Assembly: GCA_951406725.2 (NCBI GenBank)
Contig: OX597815.1
Span: 18,414,001 to 18,478,000, forward strand
Length of the DNA stretch: 64,000 nt
Source: Octopus vulgaris
Taxonomy: Eukaryota
Direction of reading: 5' to 3'
Below the pieces are notes generated by a model. It made no database searches and was not told the DNA's origin. It saw only the letters and a list, made by a program, of their open reading frames with translations. Shown here one piece after another: positions 41,780 through 56,699 of the stretch (position 1 is the stretch's first letter; each line of letters starts with the position of its first letter). Position numbers and translations under genes: made by a program.

Positions 41780-43000
41780 ACTTTCATATCCCGTCTGTAG
41801 TTTTGATTTAGATTTACGGCTCTTATCATATCGTACTATTATGGAATTGACGGAGATCTTTCTGCTTCATACTCAAGCAATCTGATGCTTCATGCTTTTT
41901 CCCCTCCACTTTTTTAAATCTAAATTCATCAATGACCTAATTCTTTATCACGTCAACACGATGGTACGACTCTTTATTCCTTCCTAATTATCCCAAGCTC
42001 CGCGTCATCAATTAGAAATGTTACTCTACTGCACACTTTTGTTCGCCATCCAGCTCGATCCGAAGTATACATATAGAATGATAGATATAAGCAATTACAT
42101 ACAAACATACATACATACATACATACATACATACATACATACATACATACATACATACATACATCCTCACGTAGGAATATAACACCATTAATTAGCTAAG
42201 AGGGAATCATACTAGGTTGTTGCTAAATATTGTTGTAAAGTTTTGTTAGCAGTTCATGGCTCTCGGGAAGGAATTCACCCAGAAGTTAGGAATTTTATCC
42301 TTTTCTGGCGATTTCCATTTGCTTGACTTCCTGAGTACAGATCTCACATCCTCTACCTTGATACCCCCCCCCACCCACTTTTGCTCATCTAAGGGTTATA
42401 AGTTTGTAGATATCCTATCAATCCAAGGGACCGTTTTTATTGTATGTGTTTTCTCCGGCCCAAATTCCTGCACTTCTTCTATTGATGGGACAGACTTTAC
42501 TGTATCTGGTATTTTCTCTATCTTCCTGTAAAAAATGTTTGGGTTATTTTTGAACAATTTTTATATCATTTTTGCATTTTTCAGTGTTTTTTCCTTGCGT
42601 GTTCATATCTGTAATAAGAATGTTCAACAAATATTTTGTAAGTTTTTAATCTTTATCTGTCATTATTTAATCCCTCATCTCCTTTTGTTTTCGTTTTTTA
42701 ATTTTTACCTCCACTATTTCTATTTTCAAGTTTGTATTTCAAGTGACGTCTCATTAACAAACTGTTCGCTCTCTTCTTCTTTTTCTGTGCCACTTTTTAT
42801 GAGAAGAAAATTGATATAATTCAATGAATTTCAATCTTTCAATCCATCTTCTGTACACTTCAGCCATAATTAGTCACTATAGCTCATCATATTCTAATGT
42901 TTTATGATTGACCCCGTTTCTGTTAGCGCCTCTTCTATTATCCTTATTTTGGGTTTAGATGTTCAGTTTGTTGGTCTCATAGATTGACTTTAATGGCAAC
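41780..43000 (-). mobile_element. Degenerate R4/Dong-like LINE (pre-RT and RT N-terminal region), interrupted at ~42022-42165
   Basis: Minus-strand translation KLFKNNP...FYRKIEK, IKVEDVRSVLRKSSKWKSPEKDKIPNFWVNSF, PSMIPS*LINGVIFL resembles R4-clade RT domain 0/1. Confidence 0.72.
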
Positions 43001-43007
43001 CACTTAA

Positions 43008-43102
43008 TTCTTCTTCTTCTTCTTCTTCTTCTTCTTCTTCTTCTTCTTCTTCTTCTTCTTCTTCTTCTCCTTCTTCTTCTTCTTCTTCTTCTTCTTCTTC
43101 TT

Positions 43103-43133
<31 letters not shown>

Positions 43134-43198
43134 TTATTATTATTATTATTATTATTATATTTTTTCCTTCTTTCTTCAAATTTTCTTCCGTTTCTCGC

Positions 43199-43241
<43 letters not shown>

Positions 43242-43302
43242 TTTTTTTATTATTATTATTATATTTTTTCCTTCTTTCTTCAAATTTTCTTCCGTTTCTC
43301 GC

Positions 43303-43344
<42 letters not shown>

Positions 43345-43345
43345 A
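43008..43345. repeat. (TTC)n(TTA)n tract with a duplicated ~45-bp spacer
   Basis: ttttttccttctttcttcaaattttcttccgtttctcgcca occurs twice. Confidence 0.92.
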
Positions 43346-43573
43346 TAAGAGTAATATTAACGGTACCTTCGAAATTTTGGCTAGTTAAGCAATCATTGGA
43401 CAGTCCGATTATCTGATGATAGCATGACTGACTGAAACGCCTAAGTCACTGTCAATACTATTCCTGCTGAAGTATGAAGTAATCCTTCAGATTATTGGGC
43501 AAATGTTTTTATTATAATTGAACTATTACTTTATATACATACATGGATTCATATATAAACACATACATATATA

Positions 43574-43623
<50 letters not shown>

Positions 43624-43625
<2 letters not shown>

Positions 43626-43839
43626 TCTTTACTCTCTTTTACTTGTTTCAGTCATTTGACTGTGGCCCTGTGGAGTACCGCTTTTTAGTCGAGCAAATCG
43701 ACCCCAGGACTTATTCTTTAAAAGCCTAGTACTTATTCTATCGTTCTCTTTTGCCGAACCGCTAAGCTACGGGGACGTAAACACACCAGCATCGGTTGTC
43801 AAGCGATGTTTGGGGGGGGGGACAAGCACAGACGCACAA

Positions 43840-43917
<78 letters not shown>

Positions 43918-44086
43918 TTATACGACGGGCTTCTTTCAGTTTTTGTGTACCAAATTCACTCACAAGGTTTTGGTCAGGCCGAGGCTGCAGTAAAAGACAC
44001 CTGCTCAAGGTGCCACGCAGTGGGACCGAACCCAGAACCATTGGTTGGTAAGCAAGCTACTTACCACACAGCCACTTCTACGCCTA
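43624..44086 (-). mobile_element. SINE family A inserted in (TA)n
   Basis: Full-length reverse-complement copy with internal (CA)n. Confidence 0.9.
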
Positions 44087-47000
44087 TATATATATATATA
44101 TATATATATACATGCATAAATTCGCACACACACACACACACACATATGTTACAGCGCAAATCCAAAGTGTTTTGGATCTTGAATAACTGATTTAGTATAT
44201 ACCAGCACCTGACAAATATTGTATTGCGCACAAAGTTGCAATTGAAAAGTACATCAGGATTTGATCACCCAACATAAAGGGATATAAAAGAAAGCAGCAA
44301 AATATTTGAACGTATTTTTACACCGTTTATCTGGCGCTTCTGTTCACAACATATATTTTAGATATTTAAGGAATCTGTCTATAGTGGAATAATACCAATT
44401 ATCCTAGTGACCTTTACTGTTTAGTTAGGGTTTTTATGTATTATCTGGCTAACTTTCGGTGAGCTTTATGATCTGATTCACTTTATAACCTGGCATAACT
44501 TTACAATTCTCCTCATGAGAAATACCACAGATTTGAAGAGGGTGGATTTCTGTTTGTTTTCAATCTACACATTTGCTTATCTGGTAAACTTTACCGAAGG
44601 CTGAGAAAAGTGAAAGAGAGAAAGCAGAGAGACTAGCTTTGTTAATAATTTTCATTGGATTTTTCTTTAAGATTTAAAACAAAAAAACCTAAAGATGGGT
44701 ATCATACCGTAACGTGAAGGTAATATTAGAATGCAAAGAAAAACTTTAACCATTTTATACAATTTAACCACAAGGGACTTATACTTTAGAAGTTGACTTT
44801 TTATCCGACATCACAATCAGATGCTGATAAAAGGCCAGATTTCTGAGTTATTGTAATGAAGCACCTGTACCTCATAAAAGATAAGCTTTTCTTCATCTTC
44901 TAATTTTATGTTATTGATAACAGCGGGGCAAATAAGAAAAACAACATTAGGATACGCCTTTCAACATTCTATTTTTATGAAGATAAGATTATAAAATGAC
45001 TAGACTTCAAGTATCTTAACTACTTCATTTAGAAGTTTTTATATCAGTACTTATTTCTCCTAATTCTATTTTCTGTCTGTTTTATTGCTGTTAAGCACAA
45101 TTTTCTGCAGGTGTAAAACAGTGATCACCTTATATTTTTCTGCTACTTGTTTGAGTTGGTTTAAAATTGCCTTTTAACTTATTTGTTTCTACTAAATTAT
45201 GAAATCTATTTGAATTTCCCGAAATAATCAATTTTAGTGTCATTGTAACAGAACAAACGATATATTTTTGATATAATTTATTTTTAGCAATCAATCATTT
45301 TGTCGGGGACAAAGTTCTTTGTTCCGTTAATAACCCGAGGAAGATTGTGAGCGGCATTATTCCTTCTCCCTTTCCTGCGTGGGGAATAGATCTAATCTTT
45401 CGTTGATGAATACATTTGGTCTTAAATGTTCAATAAATGTATTACATTTATAATATTAAGACACGAGATATAAACATATCTCATTGTAAGATTGAGAGAA
45501 GAATGTTTTCACCAATTTCAAATTTCAAACTTAAACTGCCTTTCACGACAAACTTAAACCGTCTTTCACGACAAGATAAGCAAATTGCTTAGAAATGATT
45601 CCGAAATTTTCCTATAATGAGAATAGTGGTCGTCTTTTATCAGCGATGGGATGGAAATAGTGAAACAATGTTAAGGATGTGCCAAATAGCAACGTGGACG
45701 GGGTAAGTAAGACAAACAAGACCATTATTAAAGACAAAAAAGTCAAAGGATCAAAGGTCCTTCCTGAGTCATTGGCTCATAAGGTCGGTTTTCCAGATTC
45801 TGTGACGTATACCTTCCTCCTTGGATGGGATGCGGACCTGTCTCAGGATTACATATTTTTGCCAGCTAAGTGGACTGGAGCAACCTGAAATCAAGAACAA
45901 CATTTTCTAAGGGCAACAGTAGCAGCAACCTATATAAAGCGTCTACACGGTTGCTTGACCTGGAAGATATAGCCGCTACATCTCCCTCAAATAATACCAT
46001 ACGGTCTAAGAAAATGGGAAGGACATATAATAAAATCTAGTCCTAAATATGCTATATGCAAACAAATAAAAGACTATATATTCATGTTTGGGAGGCTTTC
46101 CTTAACTGATCTTCTTGATCTGGCTAACCTTCGTCTAAACAACATCTAAGCAATGAAAATAGTAACAATTTTGGAAGTACTGATGGGAATGAAAACAATA
46201 ACAGCAGGATCGGTGTGAACAATTAAAAATAGAAACAATATACTATCAATAACAATACTAAAAATAATACTAGAAGTGCCGACAGTAAAATTGTAACTGA
46301 AAGGCAGAACAGGGTCAAAGTTCAGAAAACAAAATAATATCTTTCATATAGTCAGTTATGTACGTACTCAGTAATTGTAAATCAGATTCCGTAAACAGTT
46401 TGACAGAGTGTTTGGCTGTTGGTTTGGCTGAAACCGTCAAAATTCTCTCCTCACGAAATACGAACTTACCTAAATTGCGAACTTACAAGGAATTAGTCAA
46501 ACTTAAATTATAGAAGAACGCATTTGTCCAAAGAACCAATCACTGGGATCGAATACTAAATTACTTGATTGCAACCTTCTTAATAATACAGCCAAGCCTG
46601 CCTGTATACTGCCAATATTTACTTGATTTCTCTTTCTAATACAGCATATAATCGTACGCATAATGTCCTTGGTTGCCTTAAGAATTTTTCTGTTGGAGAA
46701 GTGTTCCGCTTCCATGAAGATGTATAGTTTAGCGACAATGACCGGTCATGTCATTTTTTCTATAGAAGCGCTAAAGCTCTTATATATATCTTAACATACT
46801 CTACATTATAACAGTACACCGTTTGTCATTCCTATGGATTAAAATTTCTGTAATGCGTTGAGCAAGATTAATTGTCAAAACAGAGTTAGATATTAGGGGA
46901 TATTTATAAGCCTATTTTGTTGCATTTTAAAATTACTTGCCCGTTTGCAGCATGTAATTTGCGTACGTTTTATATTACAGTTAGTTTGTTGAAGTTATAA

Positions 47001-47363
47001 TCTAGTATTGTTTTGATCAAAATGTATGATATTGTTCTATAGAACTATTCAATTTATGGCAAAATAGTTCTATAGAACTATTCAATTTATGGCAACATTT
47101 TTTGTATATAATTCGTATATGTGATATTTTGCTAGCACCGTTTTATAGTTATAAACATTTCGACTTTCTTCAAATTTTTACCATGTTTCTCATACCTTCG
47201 TGTCATTAGGGGGACACGATAGTAAAAATAATATGCCTTAGGGGAAATTTTACAATTTCAAGCTAAATGCTAAAAAGGTAGCTAGATTTTTTTTTTTATT
47301 TGTGCGTTCTGGAGTTCTCTACGTTCAAGAAATAATGTGAAAATGTCCTAGAGAGGTGCGGCA

Positions 47364-47423
<60 letters not shown>

Positions 47424-49020
47424 AGAGAGAGAGAAGCAGAAATAGAACAGGGGAGAGAAGGGAAGCAAGGAAAGAAACTTTGTATTCTAAAAAAACAGAT
47501 TAAAACAAGTCACTAATATCACATTCATACACACACGCAAACACACAGAAACACATATATACCTATATACCTATGCATACATGTATACACACATACATAA
47601 ATACATACATATATACACATATGTATGCATTCATGTATATCCACACAAATATACATGCATAAACACACACATACACACACACACACATATATATATATAC
47701 ATACCTACATACATACAAAACTAGACATATATATTTATATATATATACATATGCATATATACAAAGGTACAGTACATGCACACATATCCGCTTGTGTGTA
47801 TGTACGTACTTATAACATTTAGACGTTATTTCGATGCAACATTTCCCTGTGCATCTAATCTTGGACAAAATATCATAAACTTCTCGATAGATAGCTTACC
47901 ATATGTTATGATATTTAGAAGTGCATCATTAGCCTACAGGATAAATTTGGAACATATCAAAGGAATTCAGGTCCCTTACGTCAAGCAAATTCACACGCAC
48001 GTTCGTGCACGTAACTCTCTGATTCACAAGTCAATGAAACTGATTGTTTTTTGGTATTTTTTTATATTTCGTAGTTCATGTTTAACACCACTGCAAACGC
48101 TAAGCTAGAACGGAGAAGTCTGAAACCCGCGGCGTGCAATAGGAATCTCGTTTCCATGAACTATATACTCAAAATGTATTGAGCACTTCTCTCTTATTCA
48201 CTTGGCATAATTCAATGTGTATATTAACGTTATGATAAAAACAACTTTACATTACACAGAAGGATTACTCAATACATTTGGTAGAGTAAAAATTTATTAT
48301 TGTTTAACAAGAGTATTATTGACAGTGACTACGCAAATTCGGCAGCTAAGCCATTATTAGAGTATTTTCAAGTTTGAATTTATCTTGGCTGTATACAGTC
48401 TGTATCAAGTTAAAATTTCCTAGGGTAAACTTCTGATGACTGATAATTAGATTACCTTGTATGTTGTAATAGCAAGGTATTATGGAGAATTTGTTCATAA
48501 CATTTGGCTTGCCTACTCCATATTCAGGAGCACAGCACTTAATCTCTGTTGCTCATATAGATTAAAGCCCCCTCCTCTACTACTACCAGATTGTAATCCA
48601 GCACATCTGAATGTGTTTACTTCTACGGAAAGACTGTCCTGCTCTAACCTGCGCCATTAACCCGCTCTGTCACTTGTTACAGCAAATGCAACGAACTGAT
48701 ATCGCTAAATAAACAATACTTCTCCAGACGTAGCTGCGACATCTGCCAACCCGTTGCCGGACTATCTGGACCCGAAAACAAATATAAAGACTAATGCCGC
48801 TTCCAAACCAAAAGCAGTATGAGATCTGAGTGTGACTACCATTTAGAAGCCGTTTTGAATTTGTCATATTTCCTATTACTTGATTTCCGAATCTCTGGGA
48901 AGGAAGGTTCTTTCTACGAGCTCACGAAACTTTAACTAGCAATGTACATATCTACACACGCACACATACACGCGCTCGCACACATACACGCGCTCGCACA
49001 CACACACATATACACATAAA

Positions 49021-49238
49021 CGAAGAGATAATAAAAAAGTTCCTGGCTTTAAGAGTATCTTGAAAGGCCTGGCTGGAGCCCCAATCTTCTGAGTTCTTGT
49101 AAAGGGATTAGAGAAACTGAAGAACCGCTGCAATACGCGTGTGAATTTGAGAGAGGCATATAGCGAATAAAATTATAATTAACTGATGCTGCTGTATTTT
49201 CTTTAACCCAAAGCTAGGAACTTTTCAGCATTTCCTCG
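49021..49238. mobile_element. Mariner-derived MITE
   Basis: cgaagagataataaaaaagttcctggcttt / aaagctaggaacttttcagcatttcctcg-TA; internal fragment LVKGLEKLKNRCNTRVNLREAYSE resembles a mariner C-terminus. Confidence 0.7.
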
Positions 49239-49343
49239 TATATATTTATATATCTTTGTATGTATGTATGTACTATACATCCACCTCACTCTCTATTTTG
49301 TATCACATCTAAATTAACTATTACTTAACCATCCTCTCACACC

Positions 49344-49395
49344 GTCTCCGATGAAGGGATATAATTAATAAATATCCCAGAAACAGCTGTAAGAC
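49344..49395 (+). ncRNA. Minimal type-I hammerhead motif (CCGAUGA core, GUA site)
   Basis: gtct-CCGATGA-a-gggatat..atatccc-a-GAA-ACAGCTGT-A-agac. Confidence 0.68.
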
Positions 49396-49477
49396 CTTCT
49401 ATCTATAAATGCTCTAATATCTACACACCCTTGGGTCTTTTTTATCTTATTACACAAAAAATGCTTATATATGTTTG

Positions 49478-49517
<40 letters not shown>

Positions 49518-49519
49518 TG

Positions 49520-49598
<79 letters not shown>

Positions 49599-50097
49599 AT
49601 CAGTTCTTTGTACAGTATTCACCAGCAAGACTTGTCACCCCGAGCTGTAATAGAAATCACACTTAGACAAAGTGACGCTCTAATTGAATAGAACATAAAA
49701 CCGCGTGATCATCAATGCTTACACACAAAATTTTGTGTAGCGCTAGTATGTTACCCAAGAAGCTCAATGAACAGTTATTTGGTCTTTTCCATACTTGAAT
49801 ATCCATAGCACGTATGTTTACAGTATCTATTAATTAAGATGTACAACCTCTTCTCCTTGTTAGTATTCGAATGTATTCTTAGACTTGTATCCTATCCTAC
49901 TATTCCTAACTATGTTCCGGTAGAATTCCTGAAAGTGCACTTACAAGGCTTACAAGGCTTCAGAAATATTTCCATTTCCATTTCAATAATGTCGTCAGAT
50001 ATGGATAAGAAATTCGTTTCAAAATATTTCGGAGTAATGATTTCTAGTGGCACCTGGTGTCTTGTATTTTGTACTGAAAACTTAATATTTTTTTTTT

Positions 50098-50286
50098 TTT
50101 TACTTGTTTCAGTCATTTGACTGCGGCCATGCTGGAGCACCGGCTTTAGTCGAGCAAATCGACCCCGGGACTTATTCTTTGTAAGCCCGGTACTTATTCT
50201 ATCGGTCTCTTTTGCCGAACCACTAAGTGACGGGGACGTAAGCATACCAGCATCGGTTGTCAAGCAATGCTAGCGGGACAAACACA

Positions 50287-50370
<84 letters not shown>

Positions 50371-50537
50371 TACGACAGGCTTCTTTCAGTTTCCGTCTAC
50401 CAAATCCACTCACAAGGCATTGGTCGGCCCGGGGCTATAGCAGAAGACACTTCCCCAAGATGCCACGCAGCGGGACTGAACCCGGAACCATGTGGTTGGT
50501 TAGCAAGCTACTTACCACACAGCCACTCCTGCGCCTA
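50098..50537 (-). mobile_element. SINE family A
   Basis: Full-length reverse-complement copy. Confidence 0.9.
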
Positions 50538-51149
50538 TATATATATATATTTATTCTTCTTTAATAAAAGTCATCTTTTTTTAAAGCATTCTTTTTACCC
50601 AATATTTTTTATTAGTGCTTTGATCATCGTTGAATTCTTCTGGGAAATAGTGCTTACCCTAATTTCGGCTCAATGTGATACGTTAGACGAAAGACTCACA
50701 GAAACCGTTACCAATTGACTAAACACACACACACATAACTACATACCCCTCCGCAACAAAAAGAAATGCGTAAATATAAAACAAATATAGAAACGCTTTA
50801 ATTTCTTTATATTTTCAAAGTTTACTTGCTTGTCCTAGTTTTTGAACTGAGTAAAAAATATAAAGGATACTGTTGATTAAGTACATTCACCTGAAGCTGT
50901 GTGCGTTTTCAAAAGACTTATTTACTTGTCTTAATGACTTTCATCAGATCTATTTATAAACTAATACCATTTACGATGTGGATTAACTTGGAATTCTAAG
51001 AAACTGCTGAACTTTTATCTGGGGCTTATCATTGCAATTCTCTGAGGTTGTAATATTAAACACAAACATACGGCTTCAATGATTTCTAATAATACGAATA
51101 CCTTCTAAAATTTATCTGTGTTAATTAATGAGAGTGTGTATATCTAGTC

Positions 51150-51286
51150 ACACACACATACGCACGCACACATACACACACACGCGTATATTTGCATTTA
51201 TCATTTATATAGTATATACATACATATATATATATAGTCACATGCAAACGCATACATATAAATATACATATGTGTATAATTATTTG

Positions 51287-51339
<53 letters not shown>

Positions 51340-51450
51340 GAGTCTCTCTCTTTTTCTCTTATATATATATATATACACGCACACGTACATACATACATAC
51401 ATACATACATACATACACACACAAACACACATATATATATATACATACAT

Positions 51451-51490
<40 letters not shown>

Positions 51491-51664
51491 GCATATATAT
51501 ATATACATATACACACACACACACACACACGCACGCATATTTGCATTTATCATTTATGTAGTATATACATACGCAAACGCACACATGTAAATATACATAT
51601 GTCTATAATTATTTGTATGTGTATATTATATATATATAGACGAGTCTCTCTCTTTTTCTCTCTA

Positions 51665-51710
<46 letters not shown>

Positions 51711-51758
51711 TCACACGTACATACATACATACACACACACAGACACATATATATATAT

Positions 51759-51802
<44 letters not shown>

Positions 51803-51845
51803 CCCCACACACACATATATATATATACATATATACACACACACA
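51150..51845. repeat. Tandem duplication (~350 bp) of a microsatellite-rich block
   Basis: atttgcatttatcatttat, tataattatttgtatg and tagacgagtctctctc each occur twice in the same order. Confidence 0.8.
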
Positions 51846-52354
51846 AGTATGTTGTGTTCCTGCATTTCTTCGCGACTGCTGGTTTCCTTTCTCCTCTCTT
51901 TACATTTCAATGTACTTTTGTTTACTTTCCTCTGACATTCCGTCTAACCTATGTCAGGAATCTATCTAAGTTATTGACAACAACGAACTCTTCGATTTCA
52001 TTAATCATGTTGTCGAGAGTGTGACATTTCAGTTTCCTCGGATTACGGATTTTGTCCCACTTTTTCTCAGACAGGTGAACCGAATCAGTCAGGTTATATG
52101 TAGCTTGCTCCTCGCTAGTTGTAACGTGATAACGGCGACTCGATATTCACGTATAGTTCCGAATGTCGGAGACAACTAACTACACACTAGGCTTGTTAAC
52201 TGTGAACTGAAATAAAAAGTAGCACTTAACGCAAGAGTAACAGTAATTACACGGTGGACGACAATTCGGCGTCAACTGTCCGTGAAAGGATTCACAATTT
52301 TTATAGAGTCTGACACTTCTCAAGCTCTGTGATGTTCTGAACGACAAAACAGGA

Positions 52355-52397
<43 letters not shown>

Positions 52398-52469
52398 GAT
52401 ATTTATCATGACATACATCACCAGGCTGAAAACTATTTTCATTCAACCAGTTTAAATCTTTATTCAAAT

Positions 52470-52872
52470 AGGCGCAGGAGTGGCTGTGTGGTAAGTAGCT
52501 TGCTTACCAGCCACATGGTTCCGGGTTCAGTCCCACTGCGTGGCACCTTGGGCAAGTGTCTTCTGCTATAGCCTCGGGCCGACCAATGCCTTGTGAGAGG
52601 ATTTGGTAGACGGAAACTGAAAGAATCCTGTCGTATATATGTATACACACACACACACACACCGCCATGTTGATTCGCTAGCCTCTGCACGCATTTTTTT
52701 TTCTCTCCTTGTTTCTTTCTGTGTTTCTTTTCTGTGTATCTTTCTGTTGAAGAGCGTAGGCTCGAAACGTAAAAGACTTGTTTTATTTATATTCCTGAGC
52801 GCCATACTAATACAATTGTTTGTTTGTATTCCACCTGCCTTCGTCTTTTGTTTATTTTCATAAAGCTTCCCG

Positions 52873-52922
<50 letters not shown>

Positions 52923-53217
52923 CGTATTTTTGCCATTTCAATATGGCTAACCCCTAAGGGTGGATGCTACTGTAGTTACATATATATATGTATGTATGTA
53001 TGTGTATATGTCTGTGTGTCTGTGTTTGTCCCCCTAGCATTGCTTGACAACCGATGCTGGTGTATTTACGCCTCCGTAACTTAGCGGTTCGGCAAAAGAG
53101 TCCGATAGAATAAGTACTGGGCTTACAAAGAATAAGTCTCGGGCTCGTTTTGCTCGACTAAAGGCGGTGCTCCAGCATGGCCGCAGTCAAATGATTGAAA
53201 CAAGTAAAAGAGTAAAG
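52470..53217 (+). mobile_element. SINE family A interrupted in its internal microsatellite by nested inserts
   Basis: 5' half at 52470-52634, 3' half at ~53010-53217. Confidence 0.9.
52663..52874 (+). mobile_element. Solo PLE pseudo-LTR with hammerhead motif (52739-52776)
   Basis: Near-identical to 19506-19714; tcttt-CTGTTGA-a-gagcgtaggctc-GAA-ACGT-A-aaaga; followed by (TA)n. Confidence 0.88.
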
Positions 53218-54046
53218 ATTATTGTAAAAGAAACTATTTAGAATCCTACTTCAAACACATAATCTTCACATTGTTCCAGATATAATTCATGCTCTTTGGA
53301 GATGTAGTTGCTAATATATTTTCATACACTCATTAGTCAATAATATATGGTGAACCGAAAACAATAGGAACATTCTGAGATTCATTATTTGAAGTTATAA
53401 TCTCTTAATTTATTTTGCTATATATCATTTTTTCGCCGATTCATTTACAGATCTCTCTAGTCGCTGTGTTTGATTAACGAGTAATATAATTAGACTTGCA
53501 TCCTCATCTTTTTTTGGTTTTTGTTTTAAATAATAATTGTATTTAACATGTCATTATAAGGCCAAAAATTCAGACAGGTACTGTACAGTCTATTCTACAG
53601 TGACATTAGTTAAGCAAAATGATTAATAGAATCTTCATTAAATATTTATTAGTTTATAGAATCATGTTGTTATAAATCTGTCTAATAGGCAAGAACTGTA
53701 CGCGTATATGTTACTCGAAACAGTTTGTTGGATTCTGGTATATATACAGATTTTAAAAAAAACTTTACACTTAGAAATAATGGATGACGAGAGTAAATTA
53801 AATTCTTAATCGGTTCAATAGTATCTCAAAAGTTATTTTCCTGTGACTAAATGTCATTCGAATTTTCTAAACAGTTTTGAACTATCTAATGTAACAAAAT
53901 CTTAACTTATAAAACTTACAGAACGTGTATTTAACTTTTTACGGCAACAAATAAGTCATTCACTCACTACAATAATTAGTTTTACCCCATGAATTCTAAT
54001 ATTTTTGACCTTACCTCATCTCGCTCTCTCTCCATATATATATATA

Positions 54047-54235
54047 GGCGTGGAAGTGGCTGTGTGGTAAGTAGCTTGCTTACCAACCACGTGGTTCCGG
54101 GTTCAGTCCCACTGCGTGACACCTTGGGCAAATGTCTTCTACTACAGCCTCGGGCTGACCAAAGCCTTGTGAGTGGATTTGGCAGACGGAAACTGAAAGA
54201 AGCTCATCGCATATGTGTGTGTGCGTATATATATA

Positions 54236-54280
<45 letters not shown>

Positions 54281-54483
54281 ATATATGTTTTTGTGTCTGT
54301 GTTTGTTCCTCCAACATCGCTTGACAACCGATGCTGATGTGTTTACGTCCCCGTAACTTAGCGATTCGGCAAAAAAGACCGATAGAATAAGTACTAGGCT
54401 TACAAAGAATAAGTCCTGGGATCGATTTGCTCAACTAAAGGCGGTGCTCCGGCATGGCCTGAAAAAAGTAAAAGAGTAAGAGA

Positions 54484-54485
<2 letters not shown>
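54047..54485 (+). mobile_element. SINE family A
   Basis: Head, core, internal (TA)n and tail; flanked by (TA)n. Confidence 0.9.
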
Positions 54486-54567
<82 letters not shown>

Positions 54568-55287
54568 TTATGCGTATATATATATGTATGTATATGCATG
54601 TATACACGTACAGGCACAAACGCACACACACATGTATATATTAGAATGAGTGAGCAAATGAAAAGAAGTAGCACTCAGCACATATAGTTGGAAACATATT
54701 TATTAAGTAACAAGTCGACTTTGCTCCTCCTATTACTCATTTTCGTGGACGTGGAAGCAGCGCGTCCATATCTTCAGACTTACGGAGGCGATGCGAAGAA
54801 AAAAACAAAAAGAAAACAGGCATCTTTGTTACAGCAAGAATTTAACCCCCGTTGTTCAAGTAAACTGATAAATCAGAGACGGCAGATAATGGGCGAAAAT
54901 AATCAACGTGTTAAAAAGCAGGTGGGATGTTAATGTAATTAGTCATCGATGTATGAGGATTGGCGCAACTGGAATTCGTAATTTCCAACCCTACCCTTGA
55001 GAGTGAATGACCATACTTAAATAGCCTGCAATATCCATAAATAGAAACATTTATATTTCCTATCATCGTCAGAGAAGGTGAGTGTTCATTGACACCCGAC
55101 AATTTTGTACAAGCTGCTCTTACAGAGATTACCGCCTTCTATTTTTGCAATTCTATGATCCAGCAGACACGCCAAGTACGAGTGAAAAAAAAGGTGCTGC
55201 TTATTTGAATATTTGCATAACCATTAATGTGAAGATAATAATTGATAGGGCAAGCAACCCTATCATATATATATATATATATATATA

Positions 55288-55624
<337 letters not shown>

Positions 55625-55859
55625 CAAAATGGGACAAGAACGCAAAACATCCTGACAACTAGGTGATATAAAAAGAGACAACAAAACATCCAGATAGATT
55701 ATACAAAAAAACAAGGACGGGTCATTCGAAGCTTTCTACCCTCAGTCAAGAACCGGAAATAAATAAATAAATAAATAAATATAAAAATATAAAAATATAA
55801 AAATATATAAAAATATATAAAAAATATAAATAAAAAAATTAAATAAAATAATAATAAAA

Positions 55860-56140
55860 ATATATATATATATTTATAATTCATAAGTTTGATTTATTAA
55901 TTTAAATATTTTTTTAAAATTTTAACTTTAATTTAAATATTTTAATTGGATTTTTATATTTTATATTTTTTATATATTTTTTAATTAATTTTACTTCTAT
56001 GTATTGGCTTATGATTTTCACTGTTTGATTTGCCTAATAGTGGTTTTATCTCTAATTTAATATAATATATATTTATACTATAAAATTAGATTTAATCCTA
56101 AATCTAATTTTTCCCTGAAAGTTTGGATTTACTCCCTAAT
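55860..56140 (-). mobile_element. AT-rich interspersed element, inverted copy of 59590-59860
   Basis: Reverse complement of gggagtaaatccaaactt...gagataaaaccactattaggcaaatcaaacagtgaaaatcataa. Confidence 0.8.
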
Positions 56141-56211
<71 letters not shown>

Positions 56212-56658
56212 CTTTATTAGCCACCAAAAGACATACTAAGTATATCTACCTTCTGGAAATAACAGTCAAAACTCATATTTAAATCGACAAAATACACTGA
56301 TAACAATAGCTGAGTCTATTATGCCAGTGGAGAAACCGGTCTACGTGAGTTCAAATACTTGAATGTATGCTGGGAGATTGTCTTAACCCGTTTGCCTTCG
56401 GACGGTTGATTTCTGTAATTACTAGCAGTGGATTTTGGCGATTTAAATAAGAGTATTGACTGTTATTTTCAGCAGGTAGACATACTTAATATGTCTTTTG
56501 ATTAGTTTTAATCCTTCAGCTATTTAATGCTTTTTGCGGGGACTGCAAAGGCCTATATTATTGATTGTTATCATTTTTGAATTGTTACACTAGATAATAA
56601 CCCAGGCAATGATATCTTCCCAAATGTTATTTGCGTGAATTATTAGCTCCGTATTGAA

Positions 56659-56693
<35 letters not shown>

Positions 56694-56699
56694 TATAAG

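Noticed and set aside
55720-55755. Minus-strand gttc-ttgactgaggg-tagaaagcttc-gaat as a hammerhead
   Set aside because: The core register is ambiguous and there is no stem II; it cannot be supported without a family consensus
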